Below, piece after piece: positions 50,328 through 63,464 of a DNA stretch of 63,969 nt. Position 1 is the stretch's first letter; the number at the start of each line of letters is the position of its first letter. The DNA lies in NCBI GenBank assembly GCA_030390025.1, contig CM059432.1, positions 17,300,032 through 17,364,000 on the forward strand. The letters run 5' to 3'. Below the pieces are notes generated by a model. The model searched no databases, was not told the origin of the DNA, and worked only from the letters and a program-made list of their open reading frames with translations. Source of the DNA: Squalus acanthias. Lineage: Eukaryota. The translations under genes were made by a program, and so were the position numbers.

Positions 50328-51709
50328 TAAACTCCAATGAGTATAGGCCCAACCTGCTCAACCTTTCTTCATAAGACAACCCCTTCATCTCCGGAATCAA
50401 CCTCGTGAACCTTCTCTGAACTGCCTCCTTTGCAAGTATATCCTTCCTTAAATAAGGAGACCAAAACTGTACGCAGTACTGCGGGTGTGGTCTCACCAAC
50501 ACCCTGGACAGTTGTGACAGGACTTCCCTACATTTATACTCCATTCCCTTTGCAATAAAGGCCAACACTCCATTTGCCTTCCTAATTACTTGCTGTACCT
50601 GCATACTAACCTTTTGTGATTCATGCAGGATTCATGTTAGGATTTGGAATGCACTACCTGATATGGTGGTGGATACAGATTCCAATGTAGGGAAACGCGG
50701 AAGCCAATTTGCGCACAGCAAACTCCCACAAACAACGAGATAAATGACCAGATCATCTGTTTTAGTGATGTTGGTTGTAGGGTAAATAGTGGCCAGGACA
50801 TCAGGGAAAACTCCTCTGCTCTTCTTCGAAATAGTGCCGTGGAAAGTCGGTAAGCGGCATGCAAATGAGGCCCGGCCATTAAAATCGGATGAGCCTGCCT
50901 GTTGCTGATCCTCGACAGGCACTCCACTCGCTTTGCTGCATTCCTGCCCGGGCGGGTAATGATCGAGGCCACAGTGTCTGCTACCTCCGTACAGGTTTGT
51001 CTTTTTGGGTGGCTGTTGGCGGTTCGGCACGTGGCTTATTTGATAAACAAAGCGAATTGCCTGCTTTTGCTTCCACTGCAAATGTGTCGCACATTCCATC
51101 TGAGCATCATGTGGGCAGGGAGGGCAGGATGTTTTGGGGATATTCTATTCTTTCACATTTACTGACATATACACTTTCAGGTCTGAACCCAATGGCTGAG
51201 GTCATGTTTCTAATCTCAGAGCGTTCTGTCGGCAAGGTTCCAACTGAAAAGCAAGTGAGGTGAAAGGTGTCAGATCTGCAAATCAGAACAGCTAGTCAGG
51301 TGATTCCATTAGTTTGTGCAATTTACTAACCATTAAGGTTTTCAATTCCCACATCGACAGGGCTACTATTTTATTTATGCCATTTATTAGATCATAGTAC
51401 ACTTCCTCTGAATATAGTGTTATAGATCTTGAGATATTCATATTTGAATATCATCATATCTAAGCCATTACATAGGCATTATGATAAAAGCAAAATTATT
51501 ACAAGAATGGAAGGTGTAGTTTTATAAAAATACTTTTTTTTGATATGTTATCAGTCTATAGTTTTGGGAGTATGGGATGGGGGGAGCGGAGAGTCCTATG
51601 TTTTGGCAGTACTGCGGAGAGGAACCTGGGATTTAGAAGAACTGGAAGTTGGAATGTGGGATGCGGGTCACTGGTGGATTCCTGTGGTCTGACAGCAGTG
51701 AGAGGAGGA

Positions 51710-51930
51710 ATCATAGAATAGTACAGCACAGAAGAAAGCCATTCGGCCCATTGAGTCTGTGCTGGCTTTTTCGAAGAGCAATCCAGTTAATGGCCCACTT
51801 CCCCGGCTCTTTCCCCATATCCCTGCAATTTCTTTTCTCCTTCCAGTATTTATCCAATTCCCTTTTGAAGGCTACTATTGAATCGGTTTCCACCACCTTA
51901 TCAGGTAGTGCATTCCAAATCCTAACCACC
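51710..51930 (-). mobile_element. CR1 3' end fragment
   Basis: VVRIWNALPDKVVETDS...FKRELD; atcatagaat tail. Confidence 0.8.
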
Positions 51931-52471
51931 ATTAATAAACATACAGCATCAACTCTCTGGTCAGGGTGGCGACAGAGCACGGGGAAAAATTTGGGTGGTA
52001 AGGCCTAAAGCTACCTCACCACTCCGACAGAGATTCCCTTCCCTCCCACCCCTCCCCTCCTGCCAGGACTGCCATTGGCCATTCTTTCCCTACCTGCCAC
52101 AAGCAAATGCCATGGGGGTGCAGGTCCAGGTCCTTGGAGAGTTTTTTACTCTCATCCTCCCCACTTACCACCCCATCCCAGGGCCACCTCGTGGAAGATG
52201 GTGGTAGGCCCCAAAAAACAGCCGCTTTTCCTTCCAAGTCAGGCCCAGCACTTACCTGTTGAAGGCCTCAGTTTCTGACAAGACCTTCCGTGGGAGCCTT
52301 GATATCATCTTGCGAGTGCTTCTGCCCCTTTACTGCCCCTCACAACCTCTTCTGATGCTGCAGTGGTGTCTCACCACCGGGATTTTCCAGCCTCACATTG
52401 GTGAGCTTTCTCTTCGCAGTGGGAATCCCACACTGCCCACTTCAATGGGAGACAGAGAGACCGACATTGAG

Positions 52472-53223
52472 AACATAGAATCATAGAAAGTTACAGCACG
52501 GAAGGAGGCCACTTCGGCCCATCGTGTCCATGCCAGCCAACAAAGAGCTATCCAGCCTAATCCCACTTCCCAGCTCTTGGTCCATAGCTCTGCAGGTTAG
52601 AGCATCCCAAGTGCACATCCAAGTACTTTTTAAATGTGGTTAGGGTTCCTGCCTCTACCACCCTTTCAGGCAGTGAGTTCCAGACCCCCACAACCCTCTG
52701 GGTGAAGAAATTTCCCCTCAAATCCCCTTTAAACCTTCCACCAATTATTTTAAATCTTTGCCCCCTGGTTTTTGACCCCTCTGCTAAGGGAAATAGGTCC
52801 TTTCTATCCACTTTATCTAGGCCCCTCATAATTTTATACACCTCAATAAGGGCTCCCCTCAGCCTCCTCTGTTCCAAGGAAAACAGACCCAGCCTATCCA
52901 GTCTTTCCTCATAGCTAAGCTTCTCTACTCCCGGCAACATCCTTGTAAATCTCCTCTGTACCCTCTCTAGTGCAATCACATCTTTCCTGTAATGTGGTGA
53001 CCAGAACTGCACGCAGTACTCTAGCTGAGGCCTAACTAATGTTTTATACAGTTGAAGCATAACCCCCCTGCTCTTGTATTCTATGCCACGGCTAATAAAG
53101 GCAAGCATTCCATATGCCTTCTTAACCACCTTATCTACCTGGTCTGCTACCTTCAGGGATCTGTGGACATGCACTCCAAGGTCCCTTTGTTCCTCTACAC
53201 TACTCAGTGTCCTACCATTTAAT
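52472..53223 (-). mobile_element. CR1 LINE 3' fragment
   Basis: ORF 52557-53246. Confidence 0.93.
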
Positions 53224-53639
53224 GAACAGCCCCAGAACAGGCTCAAGAGCAGTCAGAAAATGTTTGTTTTTTTGGGGCGGAGTGGTGGTGAGCTGGAGAA
53301 CGCAACGTTCGAAAAAAAAAAATCAACTGGTGGGCCAGGGCTGCACAGCCAACGTGCGGGACTGGGGACAAGTACAGCCAGTGGCTGACCAATTGTAGCT
53401 GTAGAGGTGGCCTGTGGGTGAAGGCAGGGACCTGGGATAACAAGAGCGATCAATGATGGGGAGCATTGGCAACCAAGAGCAAGTCCCCAGCAGACAGCTG
53501 CAACAGGCTACACAGGGCAGAAAATAAGAGTCAGCTATGTGAAACGGCTGGGGTGGTGGTGGGAGTATAAGCCGAGCGGACCTCCGGAGTATTCAATGGA
53601 AAAAATGTGGGGATGGAGAGATTAAAACCTAGAGAGAGA

Positions 53640-53767
53640 GGGAAGATATTAGAAGGATATGGTGATAGGGTTAGATGATGTAGGGTGGGAGGAGGCTCGT
53701 GTGGAGCATGAACACCGGCATAGACCAGTTGGGCTGAATATCGTGTTACTGTGCTGTAAATTCTATG
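53640..53767 (+). mobile_element. CR1 3' UTR fragment
   Basis: aaggatatgg...gaccagttgggctgaat...ctgtgctgtaaattctatgt. Confidence 0.6.
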
Positions 53768-53965
53768 TAAAAAAAACATTAAAATACCGAAATATCAATC
53801 CCAATAATTTAAAAGTAAGTTAAAAAAAACTCACTTGCCTTGTTCGTGAACACAGCTTCTGACCACCGCAAACAAACCATTAACATGGAGGTGGCAGTGC
53901 CAAAGGTGGGTCTCCCTGCACTGGGAGTTCTCACCTCTACTCCTACTCAGGTCCCCTCCCTCACC

Positions 53966-55232
53966 TCTTGATGACTGTTTCGGTGCCGTTTCCTGCTCTC
54001 ACCCTGAACTAGATAATTTCATTCACTTTGCTTCCAATTTCCACCCTTCCCTCACCTTCACATGGTCCATCTCCGGATCTTCCCTTCCCTTCCTCGACTT
54101 CTCTGTCCCCATTTCTGGACTACACGTCCTCCCACTCCGCTTCCTGTAAGGACTCTATCCCATTCTCCCAGTTTCTCCGTCTCCATCACATCTGCTCTGA
54201 CGATGCCACCTTCCATACTAGTGCTTCCGATATGTCTTCCTTTTCCCTCAACTGAGGATTCCCCTCTACCGTGGTTGACATGGCCCTCGACCGTGTCCGT
54301 TCCATTTCCCGCACTACTGCTCTCACCCCTTCCCCTCCCTCCCAGAACCACAATAGGGTTCCCCTTGTCCTCACCTTTCACCCCACCAGCCTCCACATTC
54401 ACCGGATCATCCTCTGCCATTTCCGTCACCTCCAGCGTGATCTCACCACCAAACGCATCTTTCCCGCCGTTCCCCTTTCAGCATTCCGAAGGGACCGCTC
54501 CCTCCGCAATGCCCTGGTCCACTCCTCCATCACCCCCAACACTCCCTCCCCTACCCACGGCACCTTCCCGTGCAAGCGCAGGAGATGCAACACATGCCCT
54601 TTTACCTCCTCTCTTTCCATTGTCCAGGGCCCCAAACACTCCTTCCAGGTGAAACAGTGATTTACTTGTACTTCTTGCAATTTATTATACTGTATTTGCT
54701 GCTCACGATGCGGCCTCCTCTACACTGGGGAGACCAAACGCAGATTGGGTGACCGCTTTGCGGAACACCTCCGTTTAGTCCGTAAGGGTGACCCTGAGCT
54801 TCCAGTCGCCTGTATCTTTAATTCTCCGCTCCACTCCCACTCTGGCCTCTCTGTCCTTGGCCTCTTACACTGTTCCAACGAAGCTCAATGTAAGTTCAAG
54901 GAACAGCACCTCATCTTTTGATTAGGAACTTTACAGCCTTCTGGACTTAACATCAAGTTCAACAGTTTCAGATCATAACCTCTGCCCCTATTTTTTCAGA
55001 TGGCAGCTGTTGATGGTTCTGCCATTCGCATTTACACCTCTTTTAGACCCATCTTTTGTTTCTTTACTTGTCCATTACCATCTCCTTTTGCTTTGTACTA
55101 TCATCCCTTTTGTCATTTAAACACTCCTGCCTTCCACCCTATCACAGACCGTCCCTTTTGTTCTTTCCTCCCCTCCCTCCTTTCCCTGCCCCTGCACTTG
55201 CTTAAAAACCTGTTACATCTCTAACTTTTTCC
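53966..55232 (+). mobile_element. Penelope-like element 3' part: RT C-terminus + GIY-YIG endonuclease, degraded
   Basis: DDCFGA; FHPSLTFTWS..LPFLD; RVPLVLTFHP; CKRRRCNTC; LLYCICCSRCGLLYTGETKRRLGDRFAEH. Confidence 0.9.
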
Positions 55233-55344
55233 AATTTTGTTTTAAACTGACACAGGGGGACACAATCTGCAGCTTTCCAGGCTGCCGAGAGTTCACCGGC
55301 ATTTGCAGACAATGAAAGCGATAAGATTTTAAATGAAAGCCTCG

Positions 55345-55706
55345 ATTTAAAAATGATCATCCTTGTTTTCAAATCCCTCCATGCCCTCGCCCCTCCCTAT
55401 CTCTGTAATCTCCTCCAGCCCTACAATCCCCGAGATCTCTGCGCTCCGCCAATTCTGGCCTCTTGAGCATCCCCGATTTCAATCGCTCCACCATTGACAG
55501 GCAAGGCCCTAAGCTATGGAATTCCCTGCCTCTCTCCGCCTCTCTACCTCTCTTTCCTCCTTTAAGATGCTCCTCTTTGACCAAGCTTTTGGTCACCTGC
55601 CCTAATATCTGCTTATGTGGCTCGGTGTCAAATTTTATTTGATAACGCTCCTCTGAAGCGGGTTGGGTGTTTTACTGTGTTAATGGCACTATATCAATGC
55701 AAGTAT
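55345..55706 (+). mobile_element. L2-type LINE 3' end
   Basis: ggccctaagctatggaattccctgcct...tcctcctttaagatgctc...tttgaccaagcttt; tail gcactatatcaatgcaagt. Confidence 0.7.
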
Positions 55707-55709
55707 ATT

Positions 55710-56449
55710 GGCCCAAAAATTCGTGAGGGAGCCTTCGTGCGAGGGTATGCCTTCCCCGCGATCTCTCACTGCGCGCTGGCTTTTTCAGTCCGAGCTCGCA
55801 CGAACTTGATGTTCTGGACAGCAGCTGTGCAAGGCTTCCGTATCCCACAGGCGTAGTTAATTCGTGCGAGCTGTGGGATCACGTGACTCAGTTAGAGCCA
55901 ATGGCAGCACACCATCTTCATTCATAGCTTTCACATAAGTGCTGTGAAAGCTATGAATCTATACCCCCCCAAAAGAACAGCTAAACCTCAATTAAATTTA
56001 AAAAAAACCATCACATTAATAAAATAAGTATAGTTAAATAAATTAACCATTTTAAACAAAAAATTAAATTTTTGAAAAAATTTAAAATCTTTTAAAAAGT
56101 TATAAAAATAAACTTACCTTTCTTTAAAGTCTCTAAAAAAGATATACCTGTTAAAAAAAATTCAAAATAATACTTAATTAACTACTTACCTTGTTAAAAG
56201 AGGGTCTTACTCCTCCTTTCTTTATGTGTAAAATCTTCCATACTTACCTGCGCGTCCAAAGCACGAAGTGCACAGCGTGCGCGCAGCCTGTAGCGCGCAC
56301 GCGGTTCACCTAGGAACCGCCCCCTTTTGAATTCACCAAGTGCCGGTTTTCAGCGCATGCGCAGTGCATGCAGAAAACCGGCAATTGGAGACAGAATACG
56401 CGAGAGTACACAGTGCGTACTCTCGCGTAGCGGCACTAATTTTTGGGCC
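55710..56449. mobile_element. Harbinger-type MITE, diverged relative of 32190-32941
   Basis: TIRs GGCCCAAAAATT / AATTTTTGGGCC; collinear AT-rich core. Confidence 0.8.
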
Positions 56450-57353
56450 AATGTTTTAAAAGGAAGTAATTGCTGAAACAGTAATGTTGTCTGGCAGGTT
56501 GGTGCTCCAGGCACTAATACAAGTCTGTCCACATATGCCACAAAAACAACGATAAATGCCTTCAGCTACACTTTGTTGTGCAATTCCTCAATTAAAATCC
56601 ATACTAATCTCTTGCTATGGTTCTGGATTATTCGACACAAGTTCACATAATTCTCAGTACAATGTACAAATCAAGCGTTGGGCATTTACTGAAACCATTG
56701 TGTGTCCTGTGAATGCTTTGATATGGTGCATCCCCTTTGTGCTTGTGGTTTGCTTGCAACAACATGTGACACCTAACCGACTAGTTCTCCTAAGTATTTC
56801 CATGTTGGAAGGAGTAAATTTGTTGGCTAGGCTGCAGGGTTACATCGATATCCTGCTGGGATTCCAGGCACTAACCCTTCTTGTGGTGTGTCTCACATTC
56901 CTAAGTCGACCATTGTGGCTGGCGCGTCCTGTTCATATCTACTGTCGTTCTGACACATCTACAATCACTTGCTCAGTGTTGCTTGAGGCACGGGAGGTGA
57001 CTTATGATTTGAGCTTACTTCGGATATTTTATCCTCTTGCTCGACACAAAAGTCTGTTTCTTACGCAAACCCTGAACTGAAAGGTTATCTCCTCCTTTGA
57101 ACTGAAAGGTTATTTCATGTGTAAAGTACTCTGGGTTGGCAGGTTGCAGGGGGAACACTGAACTCTTTTTTACCATTAAGGTATGCACTAGAAATACTAT
57201 GGCCGCGATCTTACCTGAAGAGGCGCGTCCGGGGCGGGACTGCTGCCTTCCGGGTTGTAGTCCCGCCCCCAGTGACGTCCAACGCACAGACGTTATTTTG
57301 CGTCAATTGGCCTTGTTAAGCCCGCCCTGCGGGCTTGCCGGCCAATTAAGAGA

Positions 57354-57625
57354 AAGAACATAAGAACATATGAAATAGAAGCAGGGGTAGGCTATTCGGC
57401 CCCTCGAGCCTGCTCCGCCATTCAATGAGACCATGGCTGATCTTTTACCTCAACTCCATTCACTGGCCCTATCACCATATCCCTTGATGCCTTTACTAGT
57501 CAGAAATCTATCGACTTCTGTTTTGAATATACCCAATGACTGAGCCTCCACAGCCCTCTGGGGTAGAGAATTCCAAAGATTCACCACCCTCTGTGTGAAG
57601 AAATTTCATCTCATCTCAGTCCTGA
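57354..57625 (-). mobile_element. CR1 3' end inserted in a GC-rich MITE-like element (~57190-58325)
   Basis: aagaacataagaacat tail and CR1 3' UTR. Confidence 0.85.
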
Positions 57626-58918
57626 GAAAGCCGGTCATCTGCCGGTTTTCTTAAAGGGGACACGCTCATTTTTGTTTGACAGATGGTTTTTCAGCGTTTG
57701 ACAGCATTGAGGTGCTGCAAACACTGCCAATCACTGTACAAAGGTGAGCCCTTGCGCCTAGGCTCTCCAGAGACTCTCTCCTTAGGATAAAACAGATGGC
57801 AGCGGCAGGTGAGGTTACAGAAGCGATCTGTTACTGGTGAGAGAGGTTCTCCCAATGAGCTGGGACTACACAAACACTTCAAACCTCATTACCTACAGAA
57901 AAGTCTAAAAACATTAAAAATGATTTTCCCAGCATTTCCTTACCTCTGAAACTCACCAGTGTACCATTGGATCCTTCACACCACTTCTGCAGCTGTCATC
58001 AATGCAGAGACATTACAGTAGACTCACAACACGCCACACTTACCTGGCGTGGAGTCCGGACGTCGGGAAGCCTGCAGTCGACCTGGCAAAATTGGAAAAA
58101 GCCTCTTAACTGCCTGTTAACTACCTGTTAACAAACAGTTAAGTGACTATAATCCTCTTCCCGCCGCTAGGAGTCGAGTCCCTGCGCAAATCGGGGACCC
58201 GACTCCCGGGAAAATTGATTGGAGGCGGGTTGGAAGCGGGTTTGGGACCCGCTGCCAATATTTTTGATTTTGCCAGCAGTCCCACCTCCAAACCCGCCCC
58301 CTGAGCGCCAGCAAAATCAAGCCCTCTGTGATCCTACCGCCTACTGCTGATCTGATTAATGGCAAATACCATGCTCACAGGCCAAAAGGTAAATTTTCCA
58401 CTGCTCCGTGCTTGGGGGTTCAAGTTTCCCCAGTCGCTGGGCAGAGGGCAGAGGATCAAAGAATTATTTCATCAAGACTTGGGCCCTCATGAGCTGCCCC
58501 AGCATTTCGCAGGGCTTCTCCAGCAAGCATTAATGGGCTTGCACCTTGGGTAGGCACATGTCCAGCAAAGCTACTTTAATGAGGTGAAAGGGTCTGTGGG
58601 GGTTTCCGTAGGCAGGCCAACGACAATAATGGTGAGTGCCAGCCAGGATGATCGGAGGCGCTCAGACCAATCTCCAGCAGCAGCCAAACGGTCCTGATCT
58701 CAGATGCGTGGAGCATAGTTTCAGGCCTGAGAGGCCTTCAGCTACACTAGGATTTCCTGCCTGATTCTTAGGCGCATGGCCAACCCAGGGCTCAGGCCTG
58801 TGTCTGGAGTTTGGCCCGGAGAGGAAAAATAGGGGCAGCTGCTTCCTCACCATCGCTGTACCTGTCTGGCAGCCAATGGACACCCATAGAGTAAAATATC
58901 CCTTCATAAGAAATCTAA

Positions 58919-59533
58919 GGGGCAAAATTCGGTTGCTTTGCACCTCCCTGACGGGGCACAAAGCAACTAGTGCCCGGGCGCGGTGCCGCTAATGCCTCCC
59001 GCGAAATCCAGCGGGAGGTTAGTGGCGGCGGTAACCGGTAGCGCCCCGCGGTGCTGCGCCTTCGGCGATGATGTCATCACGGTGCACAGCACCCCGCTCG
59101 CGCCCCGGACGCCAACTTGGGTTGCGCCCCCTGACGTACCGCCGGACGCTATGTCCGACAGGGTCAGGGGGTGTACATGCGGCCGGGCGGCGATATTTAA
59201 AGGGGAGTGCCGGGCGGCCATTTTTTTTGTGGGCCGCCTGCCAGCACCTGCCCTCCTCCCGTGGGGTGCCGGCCGCGATCCGTCAGCCCTGCACTCCTCT
59301 TGAGTGCTGGGCTCTTTTGCCGGCACCCTGCTCCCTGGTGGCCCAGCAGGGCCCTGGTTTGCGCTGCGCAAGGCCCCTCCCCTTATTAAAGGGGAGGGAG
59401 GCCTGCAGTACCGCGGCGCTACACGCCGGCGCTGCGGCACGTAGCACTGCGATATTGAACTGGAGCGCCCCAAGAGGGAGGGGGAGCGCTTCCAGTAGCG
59501 CCCCGCCTCTTGCTTGGGGCGCTCCCATTCAAT
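58919..59533. mobile_element. GC-rich Harbinger-derived MITE, right end truncated
   Basis: Collinear with 43119-43735. Confidence 0.8.
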
Positions 59534-62500
59534 TTTTTTTTATATTCGCTTATGAGATCTGGGCGTCTCTGGTAAGGCCAGCATATATTGCCCATCCCCA
59601 ATTGCTCTTGAGAAGGTGGTGGTGAGCTGCCTTCTTGAACCGCTGCAGTCCATGTGGTGAAGGTGCTCCCACAGTGCTGTTAGGTAGGGAGTTCCAGGAT
59701 TTTGATCCAGCGACGATGAAGGATCGGCGATATACTTCTAAGTCAGGATGGTGTGTGACTTGGAGGGGAACTTGGAGGTGGTGGTGTTCCCATGCGCCTG
59801 CTGCCCTTGTCCTTCTAGGTGGAAGAGGTCACGGGTTTGGGAGGTGCTGCTGAAGAAGCCTTGGCGAGTTACTGCAGTGCATCTTGTAGATGGTACACAC
59901 TGCAGCCACAGTACGCCGGTGGTGGAGAGAGAGAGTGTTTAAGGTGGTGGATGGGGTCCCAATCAAACGGGCTGCTTTGTCCTAGATGGTGTCGAGCTTC
60001 TTGAGTGTTGTTGGAGCTGCACTCATCCAGGCAATTGGAGAGTATTCCATCACACTCCTTACTTGTGCCTTGTAAATGGTGGAAAGGCTTTGGGGAGTCA
60101 GGAGGTGAGGCACTCAGCGCAGAATACCTAGCCTCTGATCTGCTCTTGTTGCCACAGTATTTATGTGGCTGGTCCAGTTCAGTTTCTGGTCAATGGTGAC
60201 CCCCAAGATGTTGATGGTGGGGGATTCGGCGATGGTAATTTCGTTGAATGTCAAGGGGAGGTGGTTAGACTCTCACTTGTTGGAGATAGTCATTGCCTGG
60301 CACTTCTGTGGCGCGACTGTTACCTGCCACTTATCAGCCCAAGCCTGAACGTCATCCAGGTCTTGTTGCATACGGGCATGGACTGCTTCATTATCTGAGG
60401 AGTTGTGAATGGCTCTGAACACTGTGCAGTCATCAGCGAACATCCCCATTTCTGACCTTATGTTGGAGGGAAGGTCATTGATGAAGCAGCTGAAGATGGT
60501 TGGACCTAGGACACTGCCCTGAGGAACTCCTGCAGTGATGTCCTGGGGCTGTGATGATTGACCTTCAACCACCACAACCATCTTCCTTTGTGCTAGGTAT
60601 GACTCCAGCCAGTGGAGCATTTTCCCCCTGATTCCCATTGATTTCAGTTTTACTAGGGCTCCTTGATGCCAGACTCGGTCAAATGCTGCCTTGATGTCAA
60701 GGGCAGTCACTCTCACCTCACCTCTGGAATTCAGCTCCTTTGTCCATGTTTGGACCAAGGCTGTAATGAAGTCGGGAGCCGAGTGGTCTTGGCAGAACCC
60801 AAACTGGGCATCAGTGAGCAGGTGCCGCTTGATAGCACTGTCGATGACACCTTCCATCACTTTGCTGATGATTGAGAGTAAACTGATGGGGTGATAATTG
60901 GCCAGGTTGGATTTGTCCTGCTTTCTGTGGACAGGACATACCTGAGCAGTTTTCCACCTTGTCGGATAGATGCCAGTGTTGTAGCTGTACTGGAACAGCT
61001 TGGCTAGTCCTGGAGCACAAGTCTTCAGCACAATAGCCGGGGCCCATAGCCTTTGCTGTATCCAGTGCACTCAGCCGTTTCTTGATATCACGTGGAGTGA
61101 ATCGAATTGGCTGAAGACTGGCTTCTGTGATGGTGGGGACCTCAGGAGTAGGCCGATATGGATCATCCACTCGGCACTTCTGGCTGCAAACGCTTCAGCC
61201 TTGTCTTTTGCACTCACGTGCTGGGCTCCACCATCATTGAGGATGGGAATATTCATGGAGCCTCCTTCTGTTAGTTGTTTAATGGTCCACCATCTTTCAC
61301 GACTGGATGTGGCAGGACTGCAGAGCTTTGATCTGATTGGTTGATTGTCAGATTGCTTAGCCCTGTCTATAGCATGCTGCTTCTGCTTTTTAGCATGCAT
61401 GTAGTCCTGTGTTGCAGCTTCCCCAGGTTGGCACCTCATTTTTAGGTACACCAGGTGCTGCTCCTGGCATGCTCTTCTACACTCCTTATTGAACCAGGAT
61501 TGGTCCCATGGTAATGGTAGAGTGAGGGATCTGCCGAGTTTACAGATTGTGGTGGAATACAATTCTGCTGCTGCTGATATGCCCACAGCGCCTCATGGAT
61601 GCCCAGTTTAGAGCTGCTAGATCTGTTCTGAATCTATTCCATTTAGCACGGTGGTAGTGTCACACAACACGATGGAGGGTGTCCTCAGTGTGAAGACGGG
61701 ACTGTGCGGTGGTGTAAGGGGTTTTGTGTCGTGCTTGTATCGTGCTGGTGCGGGGTTAGGCCTTCGTTGTCTAATACTATTGCTTGCTCTAGTCTCCGGC
61801 CAGCCTTGTTGCAATAAGCACCTGTGAGTGGTTCGACCCACTCGCCCTTACGGTTCTAACACTGGACTTAGGTGCGAGAGCAGCAATGCAGAGAAAAACT
61901 CAAATAGACCCGGTTGAATAGTACGAAATGGAAATCTTTATTGCATAGCATCTAAAATCATGAAGTACATGTCATAGGCACAAATTAACGATAGTACAAG
62001 TATACATACATTCATAAAGCTTGGTCTATGGTAATGAAGAACGCACGGCACATTGTAAAAAGGGGAACACATTATACTTTATCCTTAATAAAACCACCCT
62101 CCCCTATCAATACCTACACTACGTCTAGATTTGTAGGATCGGGAAACATGCTCACCACTCGTGATACTTCGGAGAATTTTAAAGTGAGGCGCTCGGCTCG
62201 CTTCGCTGCAGCGCCTGACCGTTACGTGTTTTGAGGGGTCTCTGTACCCCACTTGTTTACTTTCGCTGCTGCTGCAAGCAGGCTGGGCTCCCCGTTGTCA
62301 TGAAGAACTCGACAGTGCTCGGGCCCGGTTCGAAGAAGAGTCTTCCTGTGTCCGACACCGGTTGCCGGTAGAATTCAAAGAAGAGTCTTTGACCAGTTCG
62401 TGCAGTAACCTGTAGAGTTCAAAAATGATCTATATATTTTCGGGCGCGGTCGGGGTTTACTGACCGCGGCGGCACGTGGATTCTTCTTCTTCTCTTCTCA

Positions 62501-63462
62501 TCTCGTCTCGTCTCGTTTCTTCGGGCCTTCGGGTCCAGAACACCGTTTACCGACGCTCGGGATGGTGCACCCGGTTACCGGCCTTCGTCGAGGCGACTCG
62601 TTCCGTTTGAGCCCCACCCAACATAGTCAACAGAGTCCAGAGAGAAACAGAAGGCTGCTCGTCCAGCAGAGCGATCCCCGAGGATCAGAATAGGAGGATA
62701 AAAGTTCAGCAGTCATCAGCGAGATAAGAGTCATAAGAGAGCGATGGACATTTGTTGTCTATAGTTATAGTGCTGTGTTCCCTTATCTCCCGCTCAAATC
62801 TTAATGTTTGTCCTTTGTGAAATATTGGCGCTCAAAACTCCCAGCATGGGGTGATTCTTGTCTTTAACGGGTTTTGGTAGCACCTGAGACTGGCCAACTA
62901 CCCGTTAATGTTTTCCCCATTGTTGAACTGGCTCGGAGCCTCCCTGGCTGGGTTTTGGGGGCCCCCGAATACTTGTTTAATCACCCGAGAATGGCTCTCT
63001 CATTGTAGAGCCGTGGGGGTATTTGCGTATTGATGTGTCTGGATGGGCCTTTGATTGCCCAGTACAATGGTCCTTACTTGTGCATGGAAAACGATTCCAG
63101 CACTCATATCTTTTGCTATTGTCACAAATGCAAACAGGTTGCATCCTGTCTTTATCAGTGTTTGCTGAGTATTATCCAATCTTATACTGAAATGTATATT
63201 CTAACGCCATCTTGTCTGCCCACTGAAATTCTGGAAGCTTCTGCCACGATGCATGGCGGCCATTTTACAGGCTTCTGTGTCCTTTTTAATCATGGCAGCA
63301 TTTCGTTTAAATAAACTGATCAAACGAATCTGCTTCTATCTCGTTATTTCGAATCGCGATAATTGCGAAACTTTACAGTGGTCACTGCTACCAATGCTGC
63401 CACGGACAGATGCGACTGGTAGATTGGTAAGGACGAGGTCAAGTAGGTTTTTCCCTCGTGTT
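59534..63462 (-). mobile_element. Non-LTR retrotransposon of the CR1/L2 group, distinct from the HER1-like CR1s, interrupted by a solo LTR
   Basis: RT ORF 60273-61070 (YHPISLLS, QFGF, DIKAAFDRVWH, QGSVLGP, FADD); APE remnant PTRGKNLLDLVLTN...SDH after the LTR. Confidence 0.85.
61713..63377. mobile_element. Solo LTR (1665 bp), inverted relative to 19472-20899
   Basis: TGTAA...TTACA termini; 4-bp TSD GTGG (61709-61712 / 63378-63381). Confidence 0.87.
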
Positions 63463-63464
63463 GG

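Larger units (their letters stand above)
46540..50630 (-). mobile_element. CR1 3' fragment split by the Gypsy insertion and by a plus-strand CR1
   Basis: Pieces 46540-46827, 49794-49920 and ~50326-50630 are collinear with the copy at 24282-24990. Confidence 0.9.

Noticed and set aside
56556..57080. 174-aa hydrophobic ORF
   Set aside because: No recognisable motif, splice context or second copy; compatible with a chance ORF.
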